A DNA stretch of 64,000 bases from an uncultured Flavobacterium sp. (GCA_963509895.1 CAUPCW010000003.1:31575-95574), one strand, 5' to 3'; positions 1-9,984 are shown, counted from the stretch's first letter. Made by a program: numbers and translations. Notes: a model not told the origin generated them from the sequence alone.

Positions 1-210
1 TCAGAAATTATTACGAATAATGTTGATGGGTTTCTCGTTAATAGTTTTTCTGTCGAAGAGTATTCTGATAGAATTAATGTTATTCTCGCGGATGGACTAT
101 TAAGAGACTCTTTTTCAAAGAAATCTAGAGAAAGAGTAGTTATGAAATATAGTTATGAAACAATAGGGGGGGTAATGAATGATTATTATAAAAAAATAAT
201 AGATGCGTAA
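1..210 (+). CDS. Glycosyltransferase (GT4-like), 3' fragment; truncated by window edge
   Basis: Frame 1 reads SEIITNNVDGFLVNSFSVEEYSDRINVILADGLLRDSFSKKSRERVVMKYSYETIGGVMNDYYKKIIDA*, resembling a GT-B C-terminus. Confidence 0.65.
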   Translation, partial: SEIITNNVDGFLVNSFSVEEYSDRINVILADGLLRDSFSKKSRERVVMKYSYETIGGVMNDYYKKIIDA

Positions 211-994
211 AAAGTTAATAAGTATTTCATACACGCTTTACGGTAGGAATTATGACTATTATTTGCCGATTGTCAAGCAATTTGATTTTTTTAATGTTTT
301 TTTTAAGGAAACTTTAAATTCTGAATACGAATTTGAAATTGTGGTTTTTATAGATAATTCTGTAGATTTAAGTTATTTTAATGAACTGCCTATACAGTTC
401 ATTATGAATACGGATCACGTTTTATTGTCGGATGTCCCTCCAAAAATGTGGAGATTTTATAATATTTTTTTTACTAAAGCTGATGTATATTTATTTCGCG
501 ATTCAGATTCGGTTATTTCAAAAAGAGAATTATCATTATTAAAAACCTGGTTAGATTCGAAGTATGATTATAATGTAATAAGAGATACAAGATTACATCT
601 ATATCCTATTATGGCAGGAACATTTTCTATTAAACAAAGCGGTATAGAATTATTTAAAAATGTTTTAAGTGAGAATCCTTGTTTAATTAAAAATAGGAAA
701 CATTTTTATGACCAGATTTATCTTGCAGAAATTTTGTATCCTAAAATAATATCAAACCTTTTGGTTTTTTCAAATTTTTTGGTTTTTAAGAAAGAGCATT
801 ATATTAAAACGGATTATCGTACTAAAGATTTTATAGGTGGATACTATTTAAATAATGAATTGGAAAAACATTGGCACGATTTTAAGTTTGTTGAAGATTT
901 CCCCTTAAGAAGCCTTAAGATTATGAAATACAGTACAAGATTGGTTTTGCTGTATATAAGTTGCATTTTACTCAAAAAAAGAATTTCATTTTAG
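203..994 (+). CDS. Hypothetical protein, possible glycosyltransferase-like
   Basis: ISISYTLYG, MWRFY, DVYLFRDSDSVISKRE and RDxxxH motifs; located inside a glycan cluster. Confidence 0.5.
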   Translation: MRKKLISISYTLYGRNYDYYLPIVKQFDFFNVFFKETLNSEYEFEIVVFIDNSVDLSYFNELPIQFIMNTDHVLLSDVPPKMWRFYNIFFTKADVYLFRDSDSVISKRELSLLKTWLDSKYDYNVIRDTRLHLYPIMAGTFSIKQSGIELFKNVLSENPCLIKNRKHFYDQIYLAEILYPKIISNLLVFSNFLVFKKEHYIKTDYRTKDFIGGYYLNNELEKHWHDFKFVEDFPLRSLKIMKYSTRLVLLYISCILLKKRISF

Positions 995-1040
995 AAATAA
1001 CTTACAAAATATCCGTATAATTTATAATACACTCATTTAA

Positions 1041-1814
1041 ATGAATAATGCTAATATTTGTATACTCATCCTTTCTACAAAGGCAGAGAGTTATAGAGGT
1101 TTTATAACTTCAATTGAAAATAGCTGGTATAAAGATGCAGTTGATAAAGGTTTTAAAGTTTTCTTTTATAGTGGGGGACATTCTGAAAATTGTGTTTATA
1201 GTCATAATGAAATTAGAGTTGCTGAAGATGATTCAATTGAAAATTGTTACAGAAAATTTGTTAGCGCAAAAAGTGTTTTATTAGATAATTATCCAGATGT
1301 TGAACTAATATACAGAACTAATCTTTCCTCTTATATTGATATTTCTAATTTTAGTAAATATATCAAGAAGTGTTCTTTTAGTGATGATTCCTATCATGGT
1401 TTACAAGGAAAAGCAAATTTATGGAGTGAGATTTTTTTTAAAAATAAATATCTTCATTTATTATTAAAATATTTGCATCTAGGACCTAAGGTTAGTTTTT
1501 TTAGTGGAGCAGGTTTCTTTATTGGTACAAAATTGTGCAATAGCCTTTCTTTAGATAATTCTAAGAATTATTTAATTGATGATGTTGAGATTGGTAGACA
1601 GATTACAAAATTTAAAGCGCATAACGTAAAATATGAAAGGATTTATGTTACAGATTCTTATGTGAAAATAAAAAAAAGAGATTTAAATAATTTGGTTAAC
1701 AATTCTATGCTTTTTCATTATAAGTTTAAAACTTCAGATCGAAATGCTGACATTGATAATATTGCAAAATTTTCTAGTTTAGATTTTAGGAATAACTTGT
1801 TGACCACCTCTTAA
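1041..1814 (+). CDS. Hypothetical protein, possible GT-A fold (GT31-like) transferase
   Basis: YRTNLSSY, FFSGAGFF and IDDVEIG motifs; operon context. Confidence 0.45.
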   Translation: MNNANICILILSTKAESYRGFITSIENSWYKDAVDKGFKVFFYSGGHSENCVYSHNEIRVAEDDSIENCYRKFVSAKSVLLDNYPDVELIYRTNLSSYIDISNFSKYIKKCSFSDDSYHGLQGKANLWSEIFFKNKYLHLLLKYLHLGPKVSFFSGAGFFIGTKLCNSLSLDNSKNYLIDDVEIGRQITKFKAHNVKYERIYVTDSYVKIKKRDLNNLVNNSMLFHYKFKTSDRNADIDNIAKFSSLDFRNNLLTTS

Positions 1815-1831
1815 ATATTAAAAAAAAGACA

Positions 1832-2575
1832 TTGAAAATTTCATTAATTACAGTTTGTTATAATGGTGCAGCCACTATCGAAAAAACAATTCTTTCAGTA
1901 GCTAGTCAAACTTACAAAAACATTGAATATATCATTATTGATGGTAATTCAAAAGATAGTACTTTAGATGTTATTAAAAAACACGAAACTATAATTACCA
2001 AGTGGATATCAGAACCAGATAATGGCCTTTATGATGCCATGAATAAAGGAATTGCAATGGCAACAGGAGATTTGATTGGGATTTTAAACTCAGATGATAC
2101 TTTCAACTCTGACACAGTAATTGAAGAAATAGCTAATTTTCATAGCCAAAATAGTATTGAGGCTTCTGTTGGAAATATTATACAACATAAAGAAAACGGT
2201 AAAATTGTAAGATTGTATTCTTCTAAATACTGGAGTCCAGAAAAACTTAAAATTGGGTTTATGCCTCCTCATCCCTCTATATTTTTCAAAAGAGCCCTTT
2301 TCGATAAATATGGTAATTATGATCTAGGTTTCAAAATTGGAGCTGATTATGAATTAATTACCCGTTTTTTTCTTAAAAATGTAATCACTTGGAAGTATTC
2401 TGGAATTACTACTACTGCCATGTTAGTAGGAGGGTTGAGTAGCTCAGGTTCTTCATCTTATCAACTGATTACTAAAGAAATTCAAAAGGCACTTACAATG
2501 AATGGGATATTTTTTTCTCCATTTAAGATTAAAATGCGTTTTATTTGGAAAATAATAGGTTTTTTAAAAAAATGA
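1832..2575 (+). CDS. Glycosyltransferase family 2 (WcaE-like)
   Basis: KISLITVCYN, IIIDGNSKD, EPDNGLYDAMNKG, ILNSDD; TTG start. Confidence 0.92.
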   Translation: MKISLITVCYNGAATIEKTILSVASQTYKNIEYIIIDGNSKDSTLDVIKKHETIITKWISEPDNGLYDAMNKGIAMATGDLIGILNSDDTFNSDTVIEEIANFHSQNSIEASVGNIIQHKENGKIVRLYSSKYWSPEKLKIGFMPPHPSIFFKRALFDKYGNYDLGFKIGADYELITRFFLKNVITWKYSGITTTAMLVGGLSSSGSSSYQLITKEIQKALTMNGIFFSPFKIKMRFIWKIIGFLKK

Positions 2576-3468
2576 ACATAACAATCACAGGAGCCAAGGG
2601 CTTTGTTGGTAAGAATCTTCAAAACTATTTACAAAGTTTGCACCAGATAGAAACTAGAAGCATTCGTTATATTCCTCATCAGCATTTTGAGATAAAAACT
2701 GATGCTATTATTCATCTAGCTGGCAAAGCCCACGATTTAAAAAAAGTATCGCATCCACAGGATTATTACGAAGCCAATTTTGAGTTAACGAAGCAACTAT
2801 TTGAGGCTTTTTTGGTTTCGGAGGCGGCTGTTTTTATTTTCATGAGTACGGTGAAGGCGGTGGCTGATGAGGTAAAAGGGATATTGAATGAAGATGAGGT
2901 GCCCAACCCAACGACTCATTATGGTATCGCAAAGCAAATGGCAGAGCAGTACATTTTGAGTCAAGATATACCAAAAGGGAAACGAGTTTATATTCTTCGT
3001 CCTTGTATGATTCATGGGCCTGGCAATAAAGGGAATTTAAACTTGTTATACCAATTAGTTGCTAAAGGACTGCCTTGGCCTTTGGGAGCTTTTGATAATC
3101 AGCGCTCTTTTTTGAGTATAGAGAATCTTTGTTTTGTAATTAAGGAGTTGTTAGAAAATGAAACTATTCCTTCTGGAGTTTATAATGTTGCGGATAATAA
3201 AGCCTTATCCACCAATGAGCTGATTGCAGTATTGAGCAGTAGTTTGGATAAAAAAAGCAGTATTTGGTCCGTTCCCGTTTCTTGGATTAGAAGCGTTGCC
3301 CAATTGGGAGATACCCTGCATTTGCCTTTAAATTCTGAGCGTTTGCAGAAACTAACAGAGAATTATGTAGTAAGTAATAAAAAGATAGTGAAGGCCATGG
3401 GGAAATCGTTGCCTGTTTCGTCAAGAGAGGGGTTGCGGAGGACGTTTGAGTCGTTTAATAATTTATAG
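2572..3468 (+). CDS. NAD-dependent epimerase/dehydratase
   Basis: ITGAKGFVG Rossmann motif and YGIAK (YxxxK); ATG at 2572 overlaps the upstream TGA (ATGA), so it is preferred over the track start 2545. Confidence 0.9.
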   Translation: MNITITGAKGFVGKNLQNYLQSLHQIETRSIRYIPHQHFEIKTDAIIHLAGKAHDLKKVSHPQDYYEANFELTKQLFEAFLVSEAAVFIFMSTVKAVADEVKGILNEDEVPNPTTHYGIAKQMAEQYILSQDIPKGKRVYILRPCMIHGPGNKGNLNLLYQLVAKGLPWPLGAFDNQRSFLSIENLCFVIKELLENETIPSGVYNVADNKALSTNELIAVLSSSLDKKSSIWSVPVSWIRSVAQLGDTLHLPLNSERLQKLTENYVVSNKKIVKAMGKSLPVSSREGLRRTFESFNNL

Positions 3469-3474
3469 GCTTAA

Positions 3475-3791
3475 ACCCAGATTCCGCATTAGAAATCTAC
3501 TACAACTAAATTACTTCACTATTTTAATATTTTTCTAGCGGAGTTCAGTGAATAAATTTCTTCTTCAAAACCAAGAACTTTTTTCACGCGTTTATATTTT
3601 TTTCTGGTGTTCAAGATACGCTTCGATTAGTTCTCCTATTTTTAAATTCAAAATACAAAAGTATTAGCTCATTGGTTTATATGTATATAGGTATTCGCTG
3701 AACGTTGTTTCCTTCTCCAGAAATAGTCCGTGAGCTCTTGCTTTTATTGAATAATTCAGTTTAGCTACGAAGTCTAATGCGGATTCTGGGT
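3475..3791. mobile_element. 317-bp MITE-like / IS-remnant element with 19-bp terminal inverted repeats
   Basis: ACCCAGATTCCGCATTAGA (3475-3493) versus TCTAATGCGGATTCTGGGT (3773-3791), 18/19 match; TAA directly flanks both ends; no long ORF inside. Confidence 0.7.
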
Positions 3792-3855
3792 TAAAACGAT
3801 TCTACTACTTGAATGCGTATACTTGGTAGTTATCACTTGTAATGTACGGTAAAAT

Positions 3856-5355
3856 ATGGATAAAAATAAAACAAAAGCGTTTAATCCTAGAGAATATATG
3901 GAATTGGCGATAGTAGAAATGCACAAGTCCATTCAAGAACCACGTCAGGATAAAGTAAGTCCCAAAGTTGGTGCTATTTTAATACAACCCAATGGAGCAA
4001 TAGATACAGCTTACCGGGGAGAGTTGCGGCATGGTGACCATGCTGAATTTACACTATTGGAAAGGAAACATCGAAGTGACAAGGTTGATGGTTCAGTTTT
4101 ATTTGCAACCTTAGAACCGTGTGCTCCCGGAGCAAGAAAACATCCAAAATTAGGTTGTGCAGAAAGAATAGTAAATGCGCGAATAAAAAAAGTTTACATA
4201 GGAATTGAAGACCCTGATCCATCTGTTGATCGTAAAGGGATACAATTTTTAATTGATAACGGCATTGAAGTGGAAATGTTTGATGCCGATCTTCAAAAAG
4301 AGATAAGAGAAGCAAACAAGCAATTTATAGAAGAAGCAGAAGACAGGGCAAAAGAAGTTCAGAATCATAACAAAGAGGTGTTGCTTTCTGTAACTGAGAA
4401 AGGTTCCTTGAATGCCATATTATCTGACTTGTCAGAAGAAAAAATCAACAAGTTTATTAGTGTAGCAAAACTAAACGTTGACTTTGGTTCGCAGGAGTTC
4501 AATCATATATTTAAACAATTAGGGCTACTTGAAGGTAGTAAAAGCAAGTTAATGCCAACTGGTATAGGATTGTTGCTTTTTGGTAAACGACCCCAATTGA
4601 TTTATCAAAACGCTTTATTGCGAGCAACTTATAAAACCAAAAATAGAGGTGAGAAATTAAAAACTTTTGAAGGGCCAATTATCGATCAAGCCGATGAAGC
4701 TATGAATTGGTTTAAGGAAGTTATTGATAAACAGATTGATCGCTCGGATGCACAAAGGGAAGAAGTTTATGATTATCCTTTAGTAGTAGTAAGAGAAGCA
4801 GTGGTTAATGCAATAGTGCATAGGGACTATGATATTCAAGGAGCTCCTATTTATTTGGAAGTGAACGACGATGCTATTGTTGTTAAAAGTCCTGGTTATC
4901 CTGTGAAACCTATTCAGTTGGAACAAATCCAAAAGTTTAATGCCCCTTCATTGAGTAGGAACCCAAAAATAATGTATGTGTTCGATCAATTGAAGCTAGT
5001 AGAGCAACGAGGGTTAGGGTTCGAAACCATAAAAGAATTGCCTACGAAATATAATTTACCTCTTCCTATAATAACGTATGAAGCGCCTTATTTGGTTTTT
5101 AGTTTTCCGAGAACAATGCAGTCTGTAATTAATGTTACTGCAAACGAATCATTAAAAGGATTGAATAAAGACCAATTAAAAGGATATGAATGGTTGAGAT
5201 CCGTTGGGGAGGCAAGCACAAGAGAATATGCAGTTCAATTTGGAATTGGATATAAAACAGCCCAAAGACATCTTGCGGTAATGAAAGAACTACGTTTGCT
5301 AGAAGATAACGGACTAGAGGTCAATTCACCAAATTATAAATACAAAGTTAACTAA
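3856..5355 (+). CDS. Fusion protein: RibD-like Zn deaminase + HATPase_c_4-type ATP-binding domain + C-terminal winged HTH
   Basis: HAE...TLEPC-x11-C...IEDPDP; REAVVNAIVHRDY...SPG...SRNPKI...EQRGLG; STREYAVQFGIGYKTAQRHL. Confidence 0.8.
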   Translation: MDKNKTKAFNPREYMELAIVEMHKSIQEPRQDKVSPKVGAILIQPNGAIDTAYRGELRHGDHAEFTLLERKHRSDKVDGSVLFATLEPCAPGARKHPKLGCAERIVNARIKKVYIGIEDPDPSVDRKGIQFLIDNGIEVEMFDADLQKEIREANKQFIEEAEDRAKEVQNHNKEVLLSVTEKGSLNAILSDLSEEKINKFISVAKLNVDFGSQEFNHIFKQLGLLEGSKSKLMPTGIGLLLFGKRPQLIYQNALLRATYKTKNRGEKLKTFEGPIIDQADEAMNWFKEVIDKQIDRSDAQREEVYDYPLVVVREAVVNAIVHRDYDIQGAPIYLEVNDDAIVVKSPGYPVKPIQLEQIQKFNAPSLSRNPKIMYVFDQLKLVEQRGLGFETIKELPTKYNLPLPIITYEAPYLVFSFPRTMQSVINVTANESLKGLNKDQLKGYEWLRSVGEASTREYAVQFGIGYKTAQRHLAVMKELRLLEDNGLEVNSPNYKYKVN

Positions 5356-5360
5356 AGAAG

Positions 5361-5494
5361 TTGGACAGTAACTTGGACACATTGTCCAAGTTGTTGGTTA
5401 TTTTGATGCTAAAATCCAATAACTTGGACAGTAACTTGGACACATTGTCCAAGTTGTTGGTGAATTTAAAAGAAGAAAGAATCTAAGTTGGACA
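5361..5494. repeat. Two identical 38-bp direct repeats (period 63), each with a 9-bp-arm palindrome, plus a partial third copy
   Basis: TTGGACAGTAACTTGGACACATTGTCCAAGTTGTTGGT at 5361-5398 and 5424-5461; TTGGACA again at 5488. Confidence 0.9.
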
Positions 5495-5611
5495 TAGTAT
5501 TGAAGTAGTCAGTGTTAAGAAAGACGTAGCCTCTCATTCCGTTTTGAATCATTAAGTAAGGTAACATAGCTACTGGGTGTACATAAATAATTGATTAAAA
5601 AAACATAGAAA

Positions 5612-6730
5612 ATGAAAACAGCCCTTATTACAGGAATTACAGGACAAGACGGGTCGTACTTGGCAGAATTATTATTAGAGAAAGGATATATGGTACATGG
5701 GGTGAAAAGAAGGGCTTCTTCTTTTAATACCCAACGTATAGATCATATCTACCAAGACCAACATGAAGTCCATGTGAATTTTAAATTGCATTATGGAGAC
5801 TTGACGGATTCTACTAATATCATCCGCATCATCCAAGAGGTGCAACCGGATGAAATTTATAATTTAGGAGCCATGAGTCATGTGAAAGTTTCTTTTGATT
5901 CTCCTGAATATGTAGCCAATGTAGACGGTATTGGAACACTTCGTATTCTAGAAGCCGTTCGTATTTTGGGATTGGAGAAAAAAACCCGTATTTACCAGGC
6001 CTCTACTTCAGAATTGTATGGAGGATTGGCTGAAAATAAAAACGCTAAAGGGTTCTATGATGAACAATCGCCTTTTTATCCGCGTTCTCCATATGGAGCG
6101 GCTAAAATATATGGTTTTTGGATTACTAAAAACTATAGAGAGGCCTATGGCATGTTTGCTTGTAATGGAATTTTGTTCAACCATGAATCGCCACGTAGAG
6201 GAGAAACCTTTGTAACTCGTAAAATTACGATGGCCACGGCTGCGATCGCTTTGGGTCAACAAGACTGTTTGTATTTAGGGAATTTGGATGCGCAACGCGA
6301 TTGGGGACATGCCAAAGATTATGTAGAAGCGATGTGGCGTATATTGCAGCAAGAGGTACCTGAGGATTATGTAATTGCTATGGGAGAAACTACTTATGTG
6401 CGTGATTTTGTGCGTATGGCATTTGCCGAAGTAGGTGTTGAAATTGAGTTCAAAGGCGAAGGAGTAGCAGAAAAAGGATATGTGAAGTCTTGTGCGAATC
6501 CTAGTTATCAATTAGAAATTGGAAAGCAAGTAATTGCAGTCGATCCGCAATATTTCCGTCCTACAGAAGTAGATTTGTTGATTGGTGATCCTACGAAGTC
6601 TAAAACCAAACTAGGATGGGTGCCTCAATATGATCTGGCCGGATTGGTAAAAGAGATGATGGAAGGGGATTTGGCGTATTATCAAAAGAAAAAAATGTTG
6701 AGAGAAGCTGGGTTTTCAGTGGAGAACTAA
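5612..6730 (+). CDS. gmd: GDP-mannose 4,6-dehydratase
   Basis: [44 protein letters not shown]. Confidence 0.98.
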   Translation: MKTALITGITGQDGSYLAELLLEKGYMVHGVKRRASSFNTQRIDHIYQDQHEVHVNFKLHYGDLTDSTNIIRIIQEVQPDEIYNLGAMSHVKVSFDSPEYVANVDGIGTLRILEAVRILGLEKKTRIYQASTSELYGGLAENKNAKGFYDEQSPFYPRSPYGAAKIYGFWITKNYREAYGMFACNGILFNHESPRRGETFVTRKITMATAAIALGQQDCLYLGNLDAQRDWGHAKDYVEAMWRILQQEVPEDYVIAMGETTYVRDFVRMAFAEVGVEIEFKGEGVAEKGYVKSCANPSYQLEIGKQVIAVDPQYFRPTEVDLLIGDPTKSKTKLGWVPQYDLAGLVKEMMEGDLAYYQKKKMLREAGFSVEN

Positions 6731-6794
6731 TAGTCAGTGCTCAGTTTTTGAGTGTTCAGTAGTCGGTTATCAGTTTTCGGGTTTCTGCTGCTAT

Positions 6795-7175
6795 CTTCAG
6801 TTCGATTGATTTTAGGAAGATGCGATAGCTTTTTTTGAAAATGTAGAGACCACGTTTGGCAGTAGTAAGGTTCTCGATATAATTTGAAAAGCTGTCGCAT
6901 TTCAAATCTACTCGAACTGACGATAAGGAAAAACTAGACGATCTCAGATACACAATCGTCAGTTCGAGTGATTTTAGGAAAATGCGGATAGCTTTTTCAT
7001 AAAATTGTATCGAGAACGTTTAGGTTGCAGTAAGGGTTCTCGATACATTTTTTATACCCTTGCTATCGCAGGGCATCAAAAACACTCGAACTGACGCCTC
7101 TATATGATTTGAAAAGCTGTCACATTTCAAATCTACTCGAATTGACGCACTAGTATAACTCTACTCGAACTGACC
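6795..7175. repeat. Cluster of CGTC-tagged palindromic elements (~130-140 bp)
   Basis: Copies at 6795-6922 and 6957-7096 (perfect 14-bp TIR CGTCAGTTCGAGTG; inner 12-bp hairpin TGTATCGAGAAC/GTTCTCGATACA); right-half fragments at 7103-7147 and 7161-7175. Confidence 0.9.
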
Positions 7176-7199
7176 AAATTTGTTAAGAAAAGTAAAAAA

Positions 7200-8132
7200 A
7201 TGAACAAACAAGATAAAATTTATATTGCAGGACACCGCGGGATGGTAGGGTCTGCTATTTTACGAAATTTAGAAGGAGCTGGCTACACTAATTTTGTATT
7301 GCGTACTTCAAGTGAATTGGATTTGCGTAATCAACAAGCAGTCGCTGATTTTTTTGCAGCTGAAAAACCAGATTATGTTTTTTTGGCAGCTGCTAAAGTA
7401 GGCGGGATTATCGCTAATAATACCTATAGAGCCGATTTTATTTATGAGAACATGATGATTCAAAGTAATGTGATTCATCAGGCTTATGCGCATCAAGTGA
7501 AGAAACTGCTATTTTTAGGTTCTTCTTGTATTTACCCAAAGCTAGCACCGCAACCCTTGAAAGAAGACTATTTGTTGACCGGCCTTTTGGAACCGACTAA
7601 TGAACCTTATGCCATTGCTAAGATTGCAGGCATTAAAATGTGTGATGCCTATCGTTCGCAATACGGTTGTAATTTTATTTCAGTGATGCCTACTAATTTG
7701 TATGGCCCTAATGATAATTACGATTTGAACAATTCGCATGTTTTACCTGCCTTGTTGCGAAAATTCATAACCGCTAAAAATTCAGGAGTTCCTACTGTTG
7801 AATTGTGGGGTACAGGAAGTCCAAAAAGGGAATTTTTGCATGCCGATGATTTAGCAGCGGCTTGTGTGTATTTGATGCAGACTTATGAAGCAGAAGGCTT
7901 GGTGAATATTGGAATAGGCGAGGATGTTTCTATCTTAGAGTTAGCGCAATTGGTTCAGAAAATTGTGGGATACACGGGAGTTATCGAAACGGACCCCAGC
8001 AAACCTGATGGGACTCCAAGAAAACTCATGGATGTTTCTAAATTAACAGCCTTGGGTTGGAAAGCTCAAATTTCTTTGGAAGAAGGTATTCAACGGGTGT
8101 ATGGAGAAATTAAGGATAAGGACTGGAGGTAA
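7200..8132 (+). CDS. fcl: GDP-L-fucose synthase
   Basis: [49 protein letters not shown]. Confidence 0.98.
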   Translation: MNKQDKIYIAGHRGMVGSAILRNLEGAGYTNFVLRTSSELDLRNQQAVADFFAAEKPDYVFLAAAKVGGIIANNTYRADFIYENMMIQSNVIHQAYAHQVKKLLFLGSSCIYPKLAPQPLKEDYLLTGLLEPTNEPYAIAKIAGIKMCDAYRSQYGCNFISVMPTNLYGPNDNYDLNNSHVLPALLRKFITAKNSGVPTVELWGTGSPKREFLHADDLAAACVYLMQTYEAEGLVNIGIGEDVSILELAQLVQKIVGYTGVIETDPSKPDGTPRKLMDVSKLTALGWKAQISLEEGIQRVYGEIKDKDWR

Positions 8133-8138
8133 GCGGCG

Positions 8139-8235
8139 GTTTTCAGTTGTCAGTTTTCCGTTGTCAGTTTTCAGTTGTGCAAGGTTCTCGATACACATTA
8201 AATAGCTATCGCAATTTAATGAACTCGAACTGACG
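8139..8235 (+). repeat. GTT(T/G)TC(A/C) heptamer tract followed by the right half of a CGTC element
   Basis: Six heptamers at 8139-8180, then GTTCTCGATACA...ACTCGAACTGACG ending at 8235. Confidence 0.8.
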
Positions 8236-8320
8236 CTTAGGTTGCCCAGTTCATACTTAAGGGAACCCGAGAACATTTTGGAGTATCGTTGGTCTTGATA
8301 TATAGCGTAAAAAATTTTAG

Positions 8321-8351
8321 ACCTTTCAGCTTTTTACAATCTGAAAGGGTT
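8321..8351. repeat. CCTTTCAG...CTGAAAGG hairpin (family with 4 copies in window)
   Basis: Similar hairpins at 14088-14120, 22731-22765 and 37081-37110. Confidence 0.7.
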
Positions 8352-8393
8352 GTTTGTGAATTATAAACTAGTATTTTTTTAATAAAAAAAATA

Positions 8394-9476
8394 ATGCAGC
8401 AAAATAATACCTACGTCCTGATTATGGCAGGCGGTGTGGGGAGTCGATTTTGGCCTAAGAGCAGGAATCACTTTCCGAAACAATTTATCGATATTTTAGG
8501 AACAGGGCAGTCGTTGTTACAAATGACGTATGCCCGTTTTTTACAAATATGCCCTAGTGAAAATATTTATATCTTAAGTAATCAGGGTTATAAAGGCTTG
8601 GTGCTAGAGCAATTGGCAGGAATAGGGGAGGAAAACATCCTTTTAGAGCCTAGCCGTAATAATACAGCGCCATGTATTGCGTATGCTACTTACAAGATTT
8701 TACAACAGAACCCTGTGGCGAATATCGTCGTAGCGCCATCCGATCATTTGATTTTGAAGGAAGCAGCGTTTCTAGATAAAATTACTCAAGCCTTGGCGTA
8801 TACTTCAAAATATGATGCCTTACTCACTTTGGGGATTAGCCCTACACGACCAGATACAGGCTATGGATACATTCATTTTGAACAGGAGGCGATATCGGGT
8901 GTACATATAGTCAATCGCTTTATGGAGAAACCTGTGCTTGAAAAAGCTAAGGAATACCTAGCAAGTGGGGATTATTTGTGGAATGCGGGTATTTTTATTT
9001 GGAGTGCCCAAAGCATACAAAAAGCATTTCAAGCCCATGTGCCAGAAATTGCCAAATTATTTGAACTGGGCAAGCCCTTTTATAACACTCTTGATGAACT
9101 GGGTTTTATTCAGGAAAATTATCCTAAAAGCCCTAACATCTCTATCGACTACGCTATTTTAGAAAAAGCGACGAATGTCTTTACGATTCCTGCTGACATC
9201 GGTTGGAGTGATTTAGGGACTTGGGCGTCTTTGCACGAGGTGTTGCCTAAAGATGCACTTAACAATTCGAAGAGTACTGATCATTTGCATTTAGAAGCGA
9301 CTTCCAATTGTATCATTCATTTGCCGAAGGGAAAAGCAGCTGTCATCAAAGGGTTGGAGGATTTTATTATTGTAGATGATGAAAAAGTACTATTGATTTA
9401 TCCTAAAAGTTGCGAGCAGGAAATTAAGGGGGTTGCTGGAGAGATGGTGAAGGATTTTGGAGCGGGGTATTTGTAG
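8394..9476 (+). CDS. manC: Mannose-1-phosphate guanylyltransferase
   Basis: IMAGGVGSRFWP, PKQF, EPSRNNTAPCI, FMEKP, WNAGIF, WSDLGTW. Confidence 0.96.
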   Translation: MQQNNTYVLIMAGGVGSRFWPKSRNHFPKQFIDILGTGQSLLQMTYARFLQICPSENIYILSNQGYKGLVLEQLAGIGEENILLEPSRNNTAPCIAYATYKILQQNPVANIVVAPSDHLILKEAAFLDKITQALAYTSKYDALLTLGISPTRPDTGYGYIHFEQEAISGVHIVNRFMEKPVLEKAKEYLASGDYLWNAGIFIWSAQSIQKAFQAHVPEIAKLFELGKPFYNTLDELGFIQENYPKSPNISIDYAILEKATNVFTIPADIGWSDLGTWASLHEVLPKDALNNSKSTDHLHLEATSNCIIHLPKGKAAVIKGLEDFIIVDDEKVLLIYPKSCEQEIKGVAGEMVKDFGAGYL

Positions 9477-9477
9477 G

Positions 9478-9589
9478 GTTGTCAGTTGTCGGTTGTCAGT
9501 TGTCGGTTATCAGTTGTCGGTTATCAGTTGTCGGTTATCAGTTATCCGTTATCCGTTATCAGTTATCCGTTATCAGTTATCCGTTATCA
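9478..9589 (+). repeat. 16 x GTT(A/G)TC(A/G/C) heptamer tract
   Basis: Starts 1 nt after the manC stop codon; unbroken 7-nt phase. Confidence 0.95.
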
Positions 9590-9604
9590 GTGGGCAGGTG
9601 CTGT

Positions 9605-9951
9605 CGTCAGACCGAGTGGTTTTAAAAATATGCAGTAGCTTTTTTTGAAAATTGTGTCGATGGTGTTTGATGCATAGAAGGATTCTCAATATAAATTGAA
9701 AAGCTGTCGCGTTTCAATTCTACTCGAACTGAGCCCTAGATCCTTCGATAAAGACTCAAGAGAGACTCAGGACAGGCTTTTGGAGAACTCAAGATGTTTT
9801 CGAAACACGAATCGTCAGACCGAGTGGTTTTAAAAAAATGCGGTAACTTTTTTTTAAAATTGTATCGAGGACGTTTGGATGCACAGAAGGGTTCTCGATG
9901 CATTTTCTATACCCTTGCTATCTCAGGGCATAGAAAACACTCGAACTGACG
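9605..9951. repeat. Two CGTC-tagged palindromic elements upstream of GIY-YIG
   Basis: 9605-9733 and 9813-9951; same architecture as 6957-7096. Confidence 0.88.
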
Positions 9952-9984
9952 GTAGATTTGAACAGTAATTGTTGATAATAATCT

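Noticed and set aside
3856-4350. Calling the 499-aa protein riboflavin biosynthesis RibD
   Set aside because: No reductase domain and no rib genes nearby; the C-terminal two-thirds is HATPase_c_4/wHTH-like
5361-5461. Mini-CRISPR interpretation of the 38-bp repeat pair
   Set aside because: Only two full copies, a 25-bp spacer and no cas genes; kept as an operator-like repeat instead
6756-6953. Short minus-strand ORFs over the CGTC repeats (also 8043..8276 and 11754..11945)
   Set aside because: Derived from palindromic repeat DNA; no protein motifs
6957-7096. Integron attC interpretation of the CGTC elements
   Set aside because: No clear RYYYAAC/GTTRRRY core sites at the ends, and no integrase in the window
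9457-9648. 63-aa ORF (VVSCRLSVVGYQLSVIS...)
   Set aside because: Translation of the heptamer microsatellite; not a credible protein
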